A stretch of DNA of 62,396 nt, filler included, from Dugesia japonica (GCA_001938525.1; 6 parts of 6 records of this genome joined end to end with filler, not necessarily neighbours in it), one strand, 5' to 3'. Shown: positions 48,956 to 62,099, counted from the whole stretch's first letter. Notes: generated by a model not told the origin, from the letters alone. Numbers and translations are program-made.

Positions 48956-51555
48956 ATTTTATTAGATATAAGTTCATAATTACTAATCAGTTATATACAT
49001 GAACGTATTAAAGTTTCGATCATTGAAAATTCACTATTTTTCGTTTAGTGAGCAATTTAAAGATTACCTCATCCCAGGCAAACTTTAGAAAGAAAGAGTG
49101 CGTCATGTACAAAAAACTTCAATCTAAGATAAAGGAGTTCTAACAGTGGAATTTAAGGCTTTGAGAACAGAATACCAAACTGAATGAAAGAGACTTGGCT
49201 TTATCTCAATCAAACCAAATTCGTTTATTTAGCCGAATGAGAATTCAACAAAAAGAAAAATTAAAGAAAATAATATACAACAAATATAATTATTAATTAA
49301 ATATAGTCCACAGAATAACCATAAAAAATATATAAATAATCTCGAAATAATATTTCTATTATTTCAATTAAAATTAATTGTTAAAAATTAATTAATAAAC
49401 AAGAAATAAAAGGGAAAATATTATCCCAAAAACTGGAAAAATTACCTGAAAATAGAAATCAAATAAACAGGAAATCCTATCATATTGCGGTCAATAAAAC
49501 AAATTAACTAGAAAATCAAAAAATAAGCAGTAAGTACCCTCCAATGAAAATTAGAGGAGCGTCTATCAAAAAGTATAAAAGAACCAAAACAGTTAGTCAA
49601 GTTACCCCTTTTAATTGAAAAAAACCCAACAATACGCAACAATCTGTTGAAAAAGGAAATTTGTGTACTCTAACGAATAGAAGATAAAAAATAAATAAAT
49701 TCCTGTCTAAAATTTCATCATCAATTTTCATTTAGGAATTTCCACAATACTAGTTTTAAAACAATTATAATCACCAGATACAGATTCTCAATCGTCGTAA
49801 TTACCGAATTGTCATTGTGGTCGTCCGAAAAAATTGACAACCATTCAACATTGGCATTCAGTAAATAGCTTAATTACACATAAAATTGCTCCATCCAGAG
49901 TAACGACCAGTCTAATTGTAATCTGATTCAATCAGAATTAAAATAGAAAATCACCCAGTTTAAAATAAAAGCTATCTAATTCATCGTAAATTAACTCCCA
50001 ACGTCGACTAAAAATATCGACAGAAAATAGTCAGAAATGTCGGAGAAAAATTAAATCAGATAATTTATTATCGATAGCCAATAAATTGCTAGAAAATATT
50101 TCCAGAAATTCGTTCAATCCATTTTCCATTCTAAATCAAGAAATTATCGATCACAGTAAATCGTCCAAAGTATTTTCAAGAAAAATTTGTTTAAGGCCAT
50201 CTATTTTCCATCCAAAATTTAGTTGCAAATCCACTTTTTTCAAGAAGATCTTTAATTCCTGTAGTCACTAACCAGGAACTATTGCAATGTTTTATTCTAG
50301 CTTTATGTTTTTAATCCACAGATTCATTTCTTAATTTTCATTATTAATTTAATAATTTTATACGTCTTAACTAATGGATATATCTTTAATAGTGTAAAAA
50401 TAGATGTTGTTTAGTCGCATTAATTGTAATCGGCAGTTTTTTAAAATATATTTGTTTTTGTGTAGCTACTTNNNNNNNNNNNNNNNNNNNNNNNNNNNNN
50501 NNNNNNNNNNNNNNNTTAATTAATTAANNNNNNNNNNNNNNNNNNNNNNNNNNNNNNNNNNNNNNNNNNNNAATAATAATAATAATAAATAATAATAATA
50601 ATAATAAATAATAAATGTTAAAAGTTTCAAAAATAAATAAAAAGTTTTATGATTTTTCCGCTAATTTCAATTTAATTTATCTCGTGGGCCGGAAAAATGT
50701 TCAAGTGGACCTCGTGTTGGTCACCCATGTACTAGACCAAGCCTTTCCTGAATTTATTCCTATTTAATACTCATTACAACTGTTTCGGAAAACAATGAGT
50801 GCAACAATTTGTTCTAAACTGATATAATGAACACGGCGCATATTTCTGGCTTCGGACTCACATAAAATAAATGCTATGTCCATGATGTACAACGCTAGTA
50901 GCGAACGTATTAAAATTAGAAAAGCTGGTTTTTCTGTNAAAAATTAATTTTTAATTTCTTTTTAAATGATTATGTTCTTTGTGTGTTTTTTCAAAATTGT
51001 ATATTTAAAAATATTCTATTAAAATGGGTTACTCCTTCAACAGTTAAAGAAAACTCAAATATGTATATAATTAATAATTTTATTGCATTAATCGTAATTT
51101 TATCAGAAAGTTGATATGAAAGTTATTGATGCAAAACTCAATATAAATGATTTGACAACTGAAGAACAAAAAGAAGAAATAAGGCGGAATTATTTACGAC
51201 GATATCATGGAGATAGACGATATTATTTTAAATATGTAAATTTGGACAAAAATGAGCAAACACTNNNNNNNNNNNNNNNNNNNNNNNNNNNNNNNNNNNN
51301 NNNNNNNNNNNNNNAAATAAATGCTATGTCCATGATGTACAACGCTAGTAGCGAACGTATTAAAATTAGAAAAGCTGGTTTTTCTGTAAAAAATTAATTT
51401 TTAATTTCTTTTTAAATGATTATGTTCTTTGTGTGATTTTTCAAAATTGTATATTTAAAAATATTCTTTTAAAATGGGTTACTCCTTCAACAGTTAAAGA
51501 AAACTCAAATATGTATATAATTAATAATTTATTGCATTAATCGTAATTTTATCAG

Positions 51556-52037
51556 AAAGTTGATATGAAAGTTATTGATGCAAAACTCAATATAAATGAT
51601 TTGACAACTGAAGAACAAAAAGAAGAAATAAGGCGGAATTATTTACGACGATATCATGGAGATAGACGATATTATTTTAAATATGTAAATTTGGACAAAA
51701 ATGAGCAAACACTTGCATATCATCAAATGAATGATAATTATAAAATTTACATTGTGAGTTGGGAATAATTTCTGAAGAATAATTATCAATATTATTAATT
51801 TAGACATTTCAAGTTTTTATCAAACATCTTGGAATGAATTATTCTTTGGAGGTGTTTGACAAGCTTTCGATTCATGTTTTTAAAGAACGTATCAAGGGTA
51901 AATTAAATGTATCAAATGTGGAAATTGGACTGATTTTCTGTGGTGAAGCTCTCCAGGATTCAAATGTAATAGGTGATTACGATATCCAGCCAAATGATTA
52001 TATACTAACAACAGCCACGATAATTGGTGGAGCTTAA
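51556..52037 (+). CDS. Tandem ubiquitin-like domain protein ending IIGG-A (exons 51556-51753 and 51804-52037; 5' exons uncertain)
   Basis: A phase-0 50-nt GTGAGT..TTTAG intron joins a divergent UBL-like exon to TFQVFIKHLG..YSLEV....I..FK.RI......LIFCGEALQD..VIGDYDIQ....IIGGA*. Confidence 0.75.
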
Positions 52038-52451
52038 AAAATTATATCATTTATTATTTTGTTATCTTACAATTTGTTTCACTTACTTTAGTTTTCAATT
52101 AATATATTAATTTATTATTTATTAATTTTAGTGTAATGTGTTACAATTCTTTATGATGGATTGTAATTTAAGTGTGATTGATTATAATTTTTATGTGTTG
52201 GCTTAGAAATTGTATGTGTTGACTTAAAAATTTACTTGTTCAGTGTTAATTTCCATGAATCAAATTAGACTTTGTGAGAGGGATTATAATTTTAATTTGT
52301 TGGTTTTAATTTTTTACTGCTGACCTAGAAATTTTATTATCTTCTATGTATTCTTTGATTGTTTTTGAATNCATCTGTTTAATTTTCAATTAATATATTA
52401 TTGATGAAACTCTCATGATAACATTAAACATTCAGAAACAGATATTTTTGA

Positions 52452-52879
52452 CAGAGCTTTGGATCAGTTCAATTTTTATGGTGCCCCGCTCTGGCTCCAC
52501 TCCGGCACTACATCCCTGCTCCGGCCCCACTCCATGCTTCTAGGAAAATTTTTAAGAATTGCAAATCTTCCAAAGCTGAAAGAAAGAAAGATTTTTTACT
52601 CTAAATTAACTAAATAAGCTTTATTTCAAATTTTTACACAGCTCTCAAATTTTGCGATGAACTTAGTAACATCCTATAGCGGGGATCGACATAAACTCCA
52701 GCAAGGAAATGCGTGTACACAATGTATGTATGACATAGAAATTGTATAAACTAGTTAAGTATTTCTACTTTAGTACGTTTAGTAAGTTTATTACATATGT
52801 ATTTTTAATAAACTAGAGGAGTGGAGCAATCAAAATTATTGTGCTCCGATCTACGCTCCAACTCCACTCAAAAGCCGTG
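52452..52879. mobile_element. hAT-like MITE with GCTCC/GGAGC sub-terminal repeats
   Basis: CAGAGCTTTGGA ... TCAAAAGCCGTG imperfect TIRs, with clustered GCTCC and ACTCC motifs at both ends. Confidence 0.55.
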
Positions 52880-53074
52880 ATTTTAGGGCGGGCAAACATA
52901 GTTATTACATTATCACTAGGTGTAATAATAGAAGAAAAGTATTATATAATCCCTCATTCACATCAAACTAGCTACTGTTACGGTTATTCTGTTTTATAGT
53001 AAATACAGTGTTTTCCAATATATAGAAGGCCTAGTAGGAATTTTGTGATTTTTTAAAATATAAGATCTACCCCG

Positions 53075-53180
53075 AATATAATAAACAAACCATTCACAGA
53101 TTATTTGCGTGATGAAGTTAATGAATATATTGAACATCGAATCACAAGAAATCCAAAGGGTAATTTTATAAAGTCTGATT
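53075..53180 (+). pseudogene. Pogo/Tigger DDE transposase fragment
   Basis: INKPFTDYLRDEVNEYI...TRNPKGNFIKS. Confidence 0.6.
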
Positions 53181-54571
53181 TAAATCGTCTTGAATTACAC
53201 GTTGAACCATCGGATGGCATATTTGAAAATATTCGGATATTTCGTCAATAGTCATATTACTATATTCTTCTATACACTTTTTAACATTATCAATGTTAAG
53301 TAAACGTTCCTCGCTTTTACTACTTTCACTTCCTTTCTGGCGCTGAAATGTTGTCTCATAAGTCTTCTTATTTTAAAACACTTATATATTCCTGCGGCCA
53401 TGCTTTTAATTTTTACTTCTAAGAGTTTCAATTAAGAAATATATTTTATCATATGTGCATTCCATAATAATCTGAAAGTAATTTATAAAACAGATTTAAA
53501 GTTGCACTTACCTATTCAATTAATTAAACACAATTTTAATTGGAAATATTCATAAATATTTAAAACTTAAAAAAGATCAGTTTTTTCGATATAGCCTATA
53601 TAATAGTAATTAATTAGGTGAAAAATACCTGGAGAAAAATTTCAAATGAATGTTTTTTAAATTCCCTTTGTTCTGATTATCTCGATAAAACATATTCTTT
53701 CTATGAAACAGCTATTTCTAGAAATGAATGTTTGGTGTCGTTAGCTTTAGCTGAATTGGAGAATTACAAAGTTTAAATTGTCAGAACCTAGATAATTTTT
53801 ATTATAAAGTGATGACATAGTCATATTTGAATAAATATTTCTTAAAAGTTTTCTCCGAATATATTTTTCATAAAACTTAATATAAGGCAGTATCCTATAT
53901 ATTGAAAAACACGGTAGCATATACCTACACTTAAACATAGTAAAATTTCATAATTTTATATTCAATAGCCAATCTTTGAGTACTTACGTAACACTAAAAT
54001 AAAAATTTTTAATTCGACGGACCAGTGATAAAACTTTTCTCAAGGTAAATACATTTGTAAAATAATGATCATAGAATTTTCGTTTTATTAATATTAAATG
54101 CACCCATCAATTTGGATGTTCAGGATTCCCATAAATATTTCATTTACAAAAATTTCAAAATTTTAATATCATTGTAATAACATAGTCTGTTCACCCAGAT
54201 TTCCACAAAACATTTTAAATTATCGTTCAAACACTTGGAAATTTAAAGACGTTCGACTTTCCACATGAATTTCTGTAATAGTAAACTCCAAACCGACCAG
54301 CACAAGGAAATAATCACGCAAATTCACCTAAAACTAACTCTTTGAGTAAAGACTTGACTAAGATTGTCCAATAATTACCCAAACTGAGGATTCACTAGAA
54401 AACAATTGACCAATATTGCCTAAAATGAGTAAATGACCGAAATTACCTAAACCAAATAAACAATTGACCAAACTCGCCTAAAATAAACCAAATTTGACCT
54501 CACTGTGCAAATACTTTACAGAATCATGAGTAAATAATTGACCCCGACTGATCAATCTCAAGAAAATAATT

Positions 54572-56940
54572 TACCTCCCATCTTGGTGGCATTGTTGTTA
54601 TTTCAACCAAACCTTCTAAACTGGTTGCATAATTATAAGGAAATATCCCTTTTGACATTTTTAATCTGCTGTTTCTAAATTCATTTGTTGTCAAAGGTGT
54701 CTCTTTTAAGGATTTGACTGCTGCATCCAATGAAGAGTTTATGAATTGGTACGAGTCAATATATCTGATTGTAAATTCTTTCAGATGTCCAATGAGGCAT
54801 AGGAATCTTTCTGATGTTGTTGGTATACATGATTTGGTCCAATGCGGAAATTTATTTAATCCATACTGTAATATATGGTGAAGGTCATATCCTATTAAAT
54901 TATGGAAGACTACCGGTAATTGATAATTGATTCTTCTGCTTAAATTGCATTTATTACAGACCGCTTCTATATACTTACCTGTAAAATGGTCATGATCCAT
55001 AACTGGATTACACAAATGACATATTGTACTATGCTTAAATTCCATTTTTGGTCGGGGTCATAATTCTTTTCTTTTTTCTTCTTTAATATAATATGAATAT
55101 ACTATATTATTACCGATTTCCTCCACTGCCTTTAGGAATTCATATCCGCATTCATTTACAATAAACTGGCTGTATTTGACTTCATTAATAAAATTATTCA
55201 CCAACAACAGTCCAGCTGAAGCAGGTAAGTTTGTCTGGAAATGCTTTTCATCGCTTGGTAATACTGATTCGTAATCAGCATATATAACAAAGGGTGGAGT
55301 TAAAGTTTTGGAGTAATCTTGAAATTCTAGATTCTTTTCTGTTGGCATCTTGTATAATGTGGTGCCCGTCTGAATTTTCTCACAAATTGGCTCATAAGTC
55401 TTGTAAGCCATAGTATCCCAGAATCCATTAAGACAATTTTCACACCAAATTGATTGAATTCAAACACCACCCTTTTTAATATCTCTGTTCATCAATCTAT
55501 TCAAATTCATTACGGCAGTGTAATGCAATTTGTTGGCATCTTCCAATAACAATAAATTGATCTTTTCTCCATCGCATTTAGACCTATGTATAATGTATAA
55601 ATTTGTTTGTTTCATGATAACGTCATCATCTTCATCCACTGATTGAGGATTCCAAAAGAAAACATTAATTGATAAGCCCGGGCTTTGCTTTTCAAATTTT
55701 GGTGTATTTGTGAGCTTAATTGGCATGTTTATTTCATCAAATACAAGCTCGGACATATATTTGTGATAATTAGACACCCTACATTTATTATTTCTAACTT
55801 TATCTTGTTTGAGAATAGCCAAGATACTATATATAAAACATTTATTGTTCCTGTTATGAATATTTTAAATTGCTTTTTTCTTATAAATATTGACTGTGGT
55901 AGTTATATAACTATGACCAGATAGCTTACTGATGTCTGATACTTTGGGGATTTGAAAATTTATTTCCAATATGCGGCTCAGTATCCAACTAGATCCGAGT
56001 TCGCTTCTTATAGCACTCTTCTCATTTAACTGTTTTATTCCATCTTTGAAAAAAGAATCACTCAATGGAACAGCTCAATTCGATAATCTACAAGTTTTGT
56101 TTCGTCTTCTTTTTCGAATTCGACATTTATCACAAATTGGATCTTGACATTTTTTAAATCTTCAATAATTTTGAATAACTGTTCAATCAATGAGTTTGGA
56201 AAAACGATTTCTATCGTATTCCACTTCGAAACATTCATTTTTAATATCTGGTGACATTTATATAAGCCACTTTCTATTATCACATATTCATTGAGGGAGC
56301 CACCAACTTGTACTTCTTCTTCATCCATAAAACTTAGCTAACTATATCGTCTTCATTCATTTCATCTATGATTTGAAAGTCGGTCCAATGATCTTCAATT
56401 ATCTGAGATTTTAAACTGCCCTAAGTGTTCTGCATGCAAGCTATATAAGTCTAAATATTCACCTATTCTTATATACCTACATGATGGACATATGTAATAC
56501 TTTTCCTCATAAAAGGATTGTGCATAGTATCTCTCCATAGTACTATGACAGTCGCCTTTATGAGTCCGATTTGTACAATAATGTTTGTACATTGTACAAC
56601 ATTCTGGAAAAAATAAGTTTATTACATTTTATAAAATTATTTAAATTTCATTTAAAATAAATTATAAAATAAAAACTAACTTTTATCATAAATAGGAGCA
56701 GCAACAAGAGCAGCAATAACAGAATGATTATAATTCTAAAATAAATAGTTTTAACAACTATGAAGTGTTNNTAATAAATTTACCTTAATTAAACTCTTTC
56801 TCTTGATACCTCTACCATCTTGATTTGAATGATTATAATTCTAAATTAAATTAATAATCATTAAATAATAAAACTAAATATACATTATCAATCATTAAAA
56901 TTGACGAATTCTTATTTCTATTACCGTTTATATTGTTCAT
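54572..56940 (-). pseudogene. pPolB of element 2 with microexon leader (56884-56943, 56784-56840, 56681-56735; main exon from 56603)
   Basis: YKHYC/YYICP.C block, QVGGSL, GSSWIL, YADYES, CHLC..DHDHFTGKY..CNKCN, PVVFHNL.GYD, KGIFPY. Leader exons are in frame across 43-, 48- and 77-nt GT-AG introns. Confidence 0.9.
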
Positions 56941-57940
56941 AACCTAAAAACAATTAATTAACAATAATGAAAATCATTAGTTTACCAATTCTTTGGTCAA
57001 CAATGTTCTCAATATGCTTTGATTGTTGATAATCTAATAAATATATAAAGGAGATACAAAAAAAAACATACTTACTTATCAAAATTGTCGCTTTTAAAAA
57101 ATGTTTTATAAAAATTATGAAAAATTTCAAAAAGTATCTACTTTTATAATATTAAAATAACTTTTCTACCCCTTTGTATGTGTGTATCATATATTTTATA
57201 TCCCCATTAAATTATTTTTGTGTGTATTTAATTTTTCTATCTCCAATGTATGTGTTTATCATACTTTTTCTATTCCCTCAGTAAGTGTATATCAAGAAAT
57301 TTTAAAATACTTCATAAAAAACGTAATATATTTAGTAAATTTTAAAATACTTAATTAATTTTTAAAATACTACAACGTAGTATATTTAATTGTAACAAAA
57401 AAAATTTTTTTTTGATAAAATAATTTTAAAGTACCACAACGTAGTATATTGTTGCATTTACAAAATTATTAGTCATGAAAATAACAAAAGGCATGTTTTT
57501 TATTAAGGTCAATTAACTGCTTTATAGTTTTATGATTTTAAAAAATTTAACTATTTTTAAATTAAATAGAAATAAATCAACTGTTTTCATATAATACATT
57601 TATTTACATACAACATATACATTTTCAACTACNNNNNNNNNNNNNNNNNNNNNNNNNNNNNNNNNNNNNNNNNNNNNNNNNNNNNNNNNNNNNNNNNNNN
57701 NNNNNNNNNNNNNNNNNNNNNNNNNNNNNNNNNNNNNNNNNNNNNNNNNNNNNNNNNNNNNNNNNNNNNNNNNNNNNNNNNNNNNNNNNNNNNNNNNNNN
57801 NNNNNNNNNNNNNNNNNNNNNNNNNNNNNNNNNNNNNNNNNNNNNNNNNNNNNNNNNNNNNNNNNNNNNNNNNNNNNNNNNNNNNNNNNNNNNNNNNNNN
57901 NNNNNNNNNNNNNNNNNNNNNNNNNNNNNNNNNNNNNNNN

Positions 57941-58046
57941 ATATACTCCCAAACACGACGATCCCAACAATTTTGATCCAATTTGATTAATCTAAAAACA
58001 ACTAATAAAGTAAAAATATGAAAATTAAATAAAAAACTTACTTCAT
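57941..58046 (-). pseudogene. Adenain N-terminus of element 2 with a 40-nt intron (58002-58041)
   Basis: ATG AA|gtaagt...tattag|T TGT TTT TAG ATT AAT CAA ATT reads MNCF*INQIGSKLLGSSCLGVY; the rest lies in the N gap. Confidence 0.75.
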
Positions 58047-58078
58047 AATGTGTTTATTTGATTATATTAGATATTGTT

Positions 58079-58624
58079 TACACTAGTACTGTTCTATTAG
58101 CATTTATTTGTATTTCGCTTTCAAATACTCCATATAATATAATATAAGTCAACAATTTAGCAAATTTTATATCCAATCTCAAATTTCCTTGTTGAGGTAA
58201 TTGACTCTGATTAATACCAAAATCTGAATACCAAAAGTACAAATGTAAAAAACGGATATTTGCTTTTAAATTCTTTAAGTGTTATTCTACAATTCATATT
58301 TTTATCTAAATATCCCATATTTTGAACAACAATTTGCATATATGTTGTACTATAATCACCGTTTTGAAAATCTTGAATATATGTCTCTCGATAATCAATG
58401 TTTTTCGATAAAGTTATGGAAGTAGCATATAAATGTTGAAATGTTGAAGTAGAGGTTTTATATTTACCATTATATTGATCTCCATTTTGAAATGCAATTA
58501 AAGAAAAGTTGGGTAAACGGCTCTCACCAAAGATTTGCTCCTTATAAAATGATGTACTATCTTTACTAATTGCAAACGCAACAATTTCCTTCTTTCTTAT
58601 CAGATAAATTGCATTTTTCTTATT
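58079..58624 (-). pseudogene. Hexon C-terminal third (element 2)
   Basis: NAIYLIRKKEI..FYKEQIFGESRLP..MGYLDKNMNC..YPFFTF..GNLRLDIKF..YGVFESEIQI; aligns with 4450-4972. Confidence 0.92.
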
Positions 58625-58697
58625 GATGATAACGGAAAATTCATAAGGTTTCCAAAAGATACAAAAACACATTTAATTTTACATTTTAGAAATATTA

Positions 58698-58970
58698 ATG
58701 TCTAAACCCGATATTATATCATTGTATAGTAACAGCGAAGCAGGCAGAGAATTGCCTTACTTTGTTGGAAAACAGTATGGTACCGGATGGTTGCGAACAA
58801 TGTGTAAATTTGCGCTCCCTATTCTTAAGCGTATTGGTAGTTTTGGTATGAAAACTGCTCAAGATGTTATTGCCAACAATAGAAAAATATTACCAACATT
58901 GAAATCTAATGCATTGGCAGAACTAGGTGATGTAGTGTCTTCGTTACCAAGTGGAGTAACTAATAAGTAG
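58698..58970 (+). CDS. pVI-like/core protein (QxGxG|W amphipathic helix), 3'-truncated
   Basis: ELPYFVGKQYGTGWLRTMCKFALPILKRIG; directly follows the penton tail (DDNGKFIRFPK...LHFR), as in element 1. Confidence 0.75.
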   Translation: MSKPDIISLYSNSEAGRELPYFVGKQYGTGWLRTMCKFALPILKRIGSFGMKTAQDVIANNRKILPTLKSNALAELGDVVSSLPSGVTNK

Positions 58971-59270
58971 ATAGATAGTGGCAGTCCGCACCATGCACAC
59001 ATTCAGTAACCCCCTCGGCCACCGATTAGTGATGTAATTAGTGCGATTATCTGAAATTTGATAGTTAATCTATGATGTAATTACATCATCGGTAATTTAA
59101 TCCATCAATTAAATTTATTATGCAATTTTTAATTGCTAATATTTTTTACAATAATTTTTTGGCGGTTAAAATTTTTTCAATGATTTTAGTTGGCAAAAGT
59201 TTTTTCCTATGATTTTAGTTGGCAAAGGTTTTTTCTTGTGGTTTTAGTTGGCAATATTTTTCCTGTGATA
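58967..59270 (+). mobile_element. Putative Maverick-type terminus with ~29-bp tandem repeats (59172-59268)
   Basis: Begins AGTAGATAGATAGTGGC, matching AGTAGATAGATACTGGC at 62299; about 3.5 copies of TTTTTTCC.ATGATTTTAGTTGGCAAA. Confidence 0.55.
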
Positions 59271-60381
59271 ATTAAGTTATATCATTAAGTTCAAGTAAAA
59301 ATTATTAAGTTACAATTTGAAAATATTATGTATAAATATTAAGTTTAAATCATTACAATAAAAATTATAATGATACTTAACTTAACAATGTAAATAAAAT
59401 CATTACAATAAAAANNNNNNNNNNNNNNNNNNNNNNNNNNNNNNNNNNNNNNNNNNNNNNNNNNNNNNNNNNNNNNNNNNNNNNNNNNNNNNNNNNNNNN
59501 NNNNNNNNNNNNNNNNNNNNNNNNNNNNNNNNNNNNNNNNNNNNNNNNNNNNNNNNNNNNNNNNNNNNNNNNNNNNNNNNNNNNNNNNNNNNNNNNNNNN
59601 NNNNNNNNNNNNNNNNNNNNNNNNNNNNNNNNNNNNNNNATTCATAATTTCCTTTGTCATAAACATCCTTAGAAAAATCATTTATTTTTTCAGTCTAAAA
59701 TATAAATCAATAAGAGTAAATTAATTATTTAAACTTACCATATTTGTTGAAATAGTTTTCTTTTAATTCAATCTGTTAATATCTAAAATTTTTTAAAAAA
59801 TCTTTAAAATAAATTAACAAATAAATATTCACTTATTTTATATATTTTTGAAGGTCATTTACCGTTTTATTTATTTAACTCAGTTAAACAAAAATTAATA
59901 AATAATTTTCATATAATAATAAATCACCAATCATTTTTAATTTGATATACTTAAACAAAAATTAATTTAATATTAATTTAAAATTTATTAATTAAAAACT
60001 TTTTAATTAAAATCTTATGAACTTTTAAAACATTTTCAAACCAATAAAATCTTAATTTTTTTAAGAATATATGTGATCTTATTCGCTTTCGTTTTTTTTC
60101 TTTTTCTTTTCTACTGAACCATAATATAAATATCCATTTATCATGTCTCTGTCTTATTATAATCATATGTGATGTTATTATCATGAAGTAATTTCAACAC
60201 AAATCTTATCAATATAAACATTTTTAAAGAATATCTCAAAATACTTCGCAAAAAATATTTCAAGAATTCATTATAAGAACGCCGATGTTTTTCAAATCTA
60301 TAAATATCCAAATTAAATCTTAGAATGCTCTATGACGATTTTTAATTATTTATTGATTTATAATAAAATTTGAAATAAATA

Positions 60382-60891
60382 ATGCTTCAAAACTGGCAGA
60401 AAATTGCATTTTCCATATTGGCAATCTCTATATGTTTCATTGTTTTAAATTACTATTTTAAACCGAGCTCTAGTTCTGTAGAGAAACTGAAAGATAGTTA
60501 TAAACAAAAAACGAAGCATTGCACTGAAATGGAGACCATTAAAAAAGTGATTCGTTGTTGTGAAGATATTTGCCGTGAAGATAATAAATATTTCGATCAA
60601 ATAGAATGTGAATATGGAATTTCAAATAAACAATGCAAATGTTATCATGGTTGTGAATTTAATACGTTATTTTGTAAGAAGTTAGTTTATAAAAGAATTT
60701 GTTCATCTCCAATATTTCAGTCTACATTTCAAAATGTTGATAATGATCCAAAATTTGATAAAAGCGTAATAATTTTATACATTCTTGTTGGAGTAATTTA
60801 CGGTATTATTATAATTGCTGCTATAAAATATGCCATGAATCTCGACAAATCTAATATTCATAAAGAAAATCATCCCGGGCGTTTTATTTAA
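60382..60891 (+). CDS. Intact 169-aa Cys-rich membrane protein of unknown family
   Basis: N-terminal hydrophobic segment, about 10 Cys in the middle and a C-terminal TM (VIILYILVGVIYGIIIIAAI); AATAAA-like signal after the stop. Confidence 0.7.
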   Translation: MLQNWQKIAFSILAISICFIVLNYYFKPSSSSVEKLKDSYKQKTKHCTEMETIKKVIRCCEDICREDNKYFDQIECEYGISNKQCKCYHGCEFNTLFCKKLVYKRICSSPIFQSTFQNVDNDPKFDKSVIILYILVGVIYGIIIIAAIKYAMNLDKSNIHKENHPGRFI

Positions 60892-62060
60892 TATGAATAA
60901 TGGATAAAATGTTAATAGTTTATATTGGAATGTAATGTTTTTTAATTTTTGAGATTATTTAATCGACATAAAATTAAACAAAAAAAATAGATGAAATAAA
61001 ATTGCCATTTCAATTTATATTAGTACAAATTACGTTGTAAATTAACATTGTACGCGGAAACACTTGTTGACCTTTGAATATTTAAATCAATAACACTAAA
61101 ACTCTCAATAAGAACTGATATAAATCAGAAAGAAACTATAAATAGTTATTATTCAAAAAAACTAACTTACTTGATCTTTTAATAAAAATTTTTAGAAGTA
61201 TTTTGTAGTAATAATTAATTTTTAAAAAACCTTTCTTCGAAGTCTTTAAGTTGTTCAGATTTTCTAATTCGATTCTTACTTTTCATTTTCTACTGAATCC
61301 TTTTTTCTAGATTTCTAGAATTTATCGTCTATTTTCTATAGTGGTTTTACTTAGTATATTTAATTATTAGGATATTATTAGGCTTATGGCTACTTGATAT
61401 ATGAGTTTTCTTATTCATTATTTTGTTATGCCTGTTGTTTATTTGTTTAACGTCCTTGATAAAATAATCGGTTTTTTAGTAAATTAAAAAAGAAAAAGCA
61501 TTTGGAGCTCAATAGAAATATTTTCAAAGCAATAAAAATAAAGTCCATGAAATCAAAGACAAATTCGGTAATTGGTAGAAAACCTCATAACATTAGTTGG
61601 ACAAAAACCACCTGAAAACTCGAAAAAAAAATGAAAAATACAAAATCATTAAAAATCAACCATAATAGAATATATTTTTTAATAAAGAAAATTAATAAGG
61701 AATAAGAAATAAATAAATAAATTTATTATAAATAAAAATAAGTTTAAAACATAAATATAAAAGACTATTTTATGAATTAGACTCATTCATACATTAAAAG
61801 TGCTATTGCTAGGGGATAATGAACTGTCGGTCCTACTGTGGAGGAAATGTTAATAACAGAATAACAAATAATAATTATAAACAATTGAACGAATAATAAA
61901 GAATAAAATCAAATAATGGACATTTAGATTTGATTGGTAAAAATTCTAGTGTGAGATTACGCCTTTTTCTTGAAATCCTGCAAAACTTGACTGACCAGGT
62001 TCGAATTAAATACTAAAAAATTAAATTTTTTAAATTTAAATAAAAAATTTAGAAATTAAA

Positions 62061-62099
<39 letters not shown>

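Larger units (their letters stand above)
54572..58966 (-). mobile_element. Maverick element 2 (diverged relative of element 1), rearranged
   Basis: Hexon C-terminus, protease start and pPolB on the minus strand; penton tail and pVI-like gene on the plus strand. Confidence 0.92.

Noticed and set aside
49400-50300. Coding-like composition stretch
   Set aside because: The frames I read were interrupted and no motif was recognised; probably an old TE fragment.
9579-50571. Five identical TTAATTAATTAA palindromes within N runs
   Set aside because: Artificial six-frame-stop contig spacers. They are not biological, and gene neighbourhood across them cannot be interpreted.
50862-51714. ~400-bp near-identical tandem duplication of the UBL gene 5' part
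   Set aside because: The copies are separated by a 50-N gap and are almost identical, so this is most likely an unmerged contig overlap or haplotype.
59172-59268. ~29-bp repeats as a CRISPR-like array
   Set aside because: Head-to-tail tandem units with no unique spacers, in a eukaryotic context.
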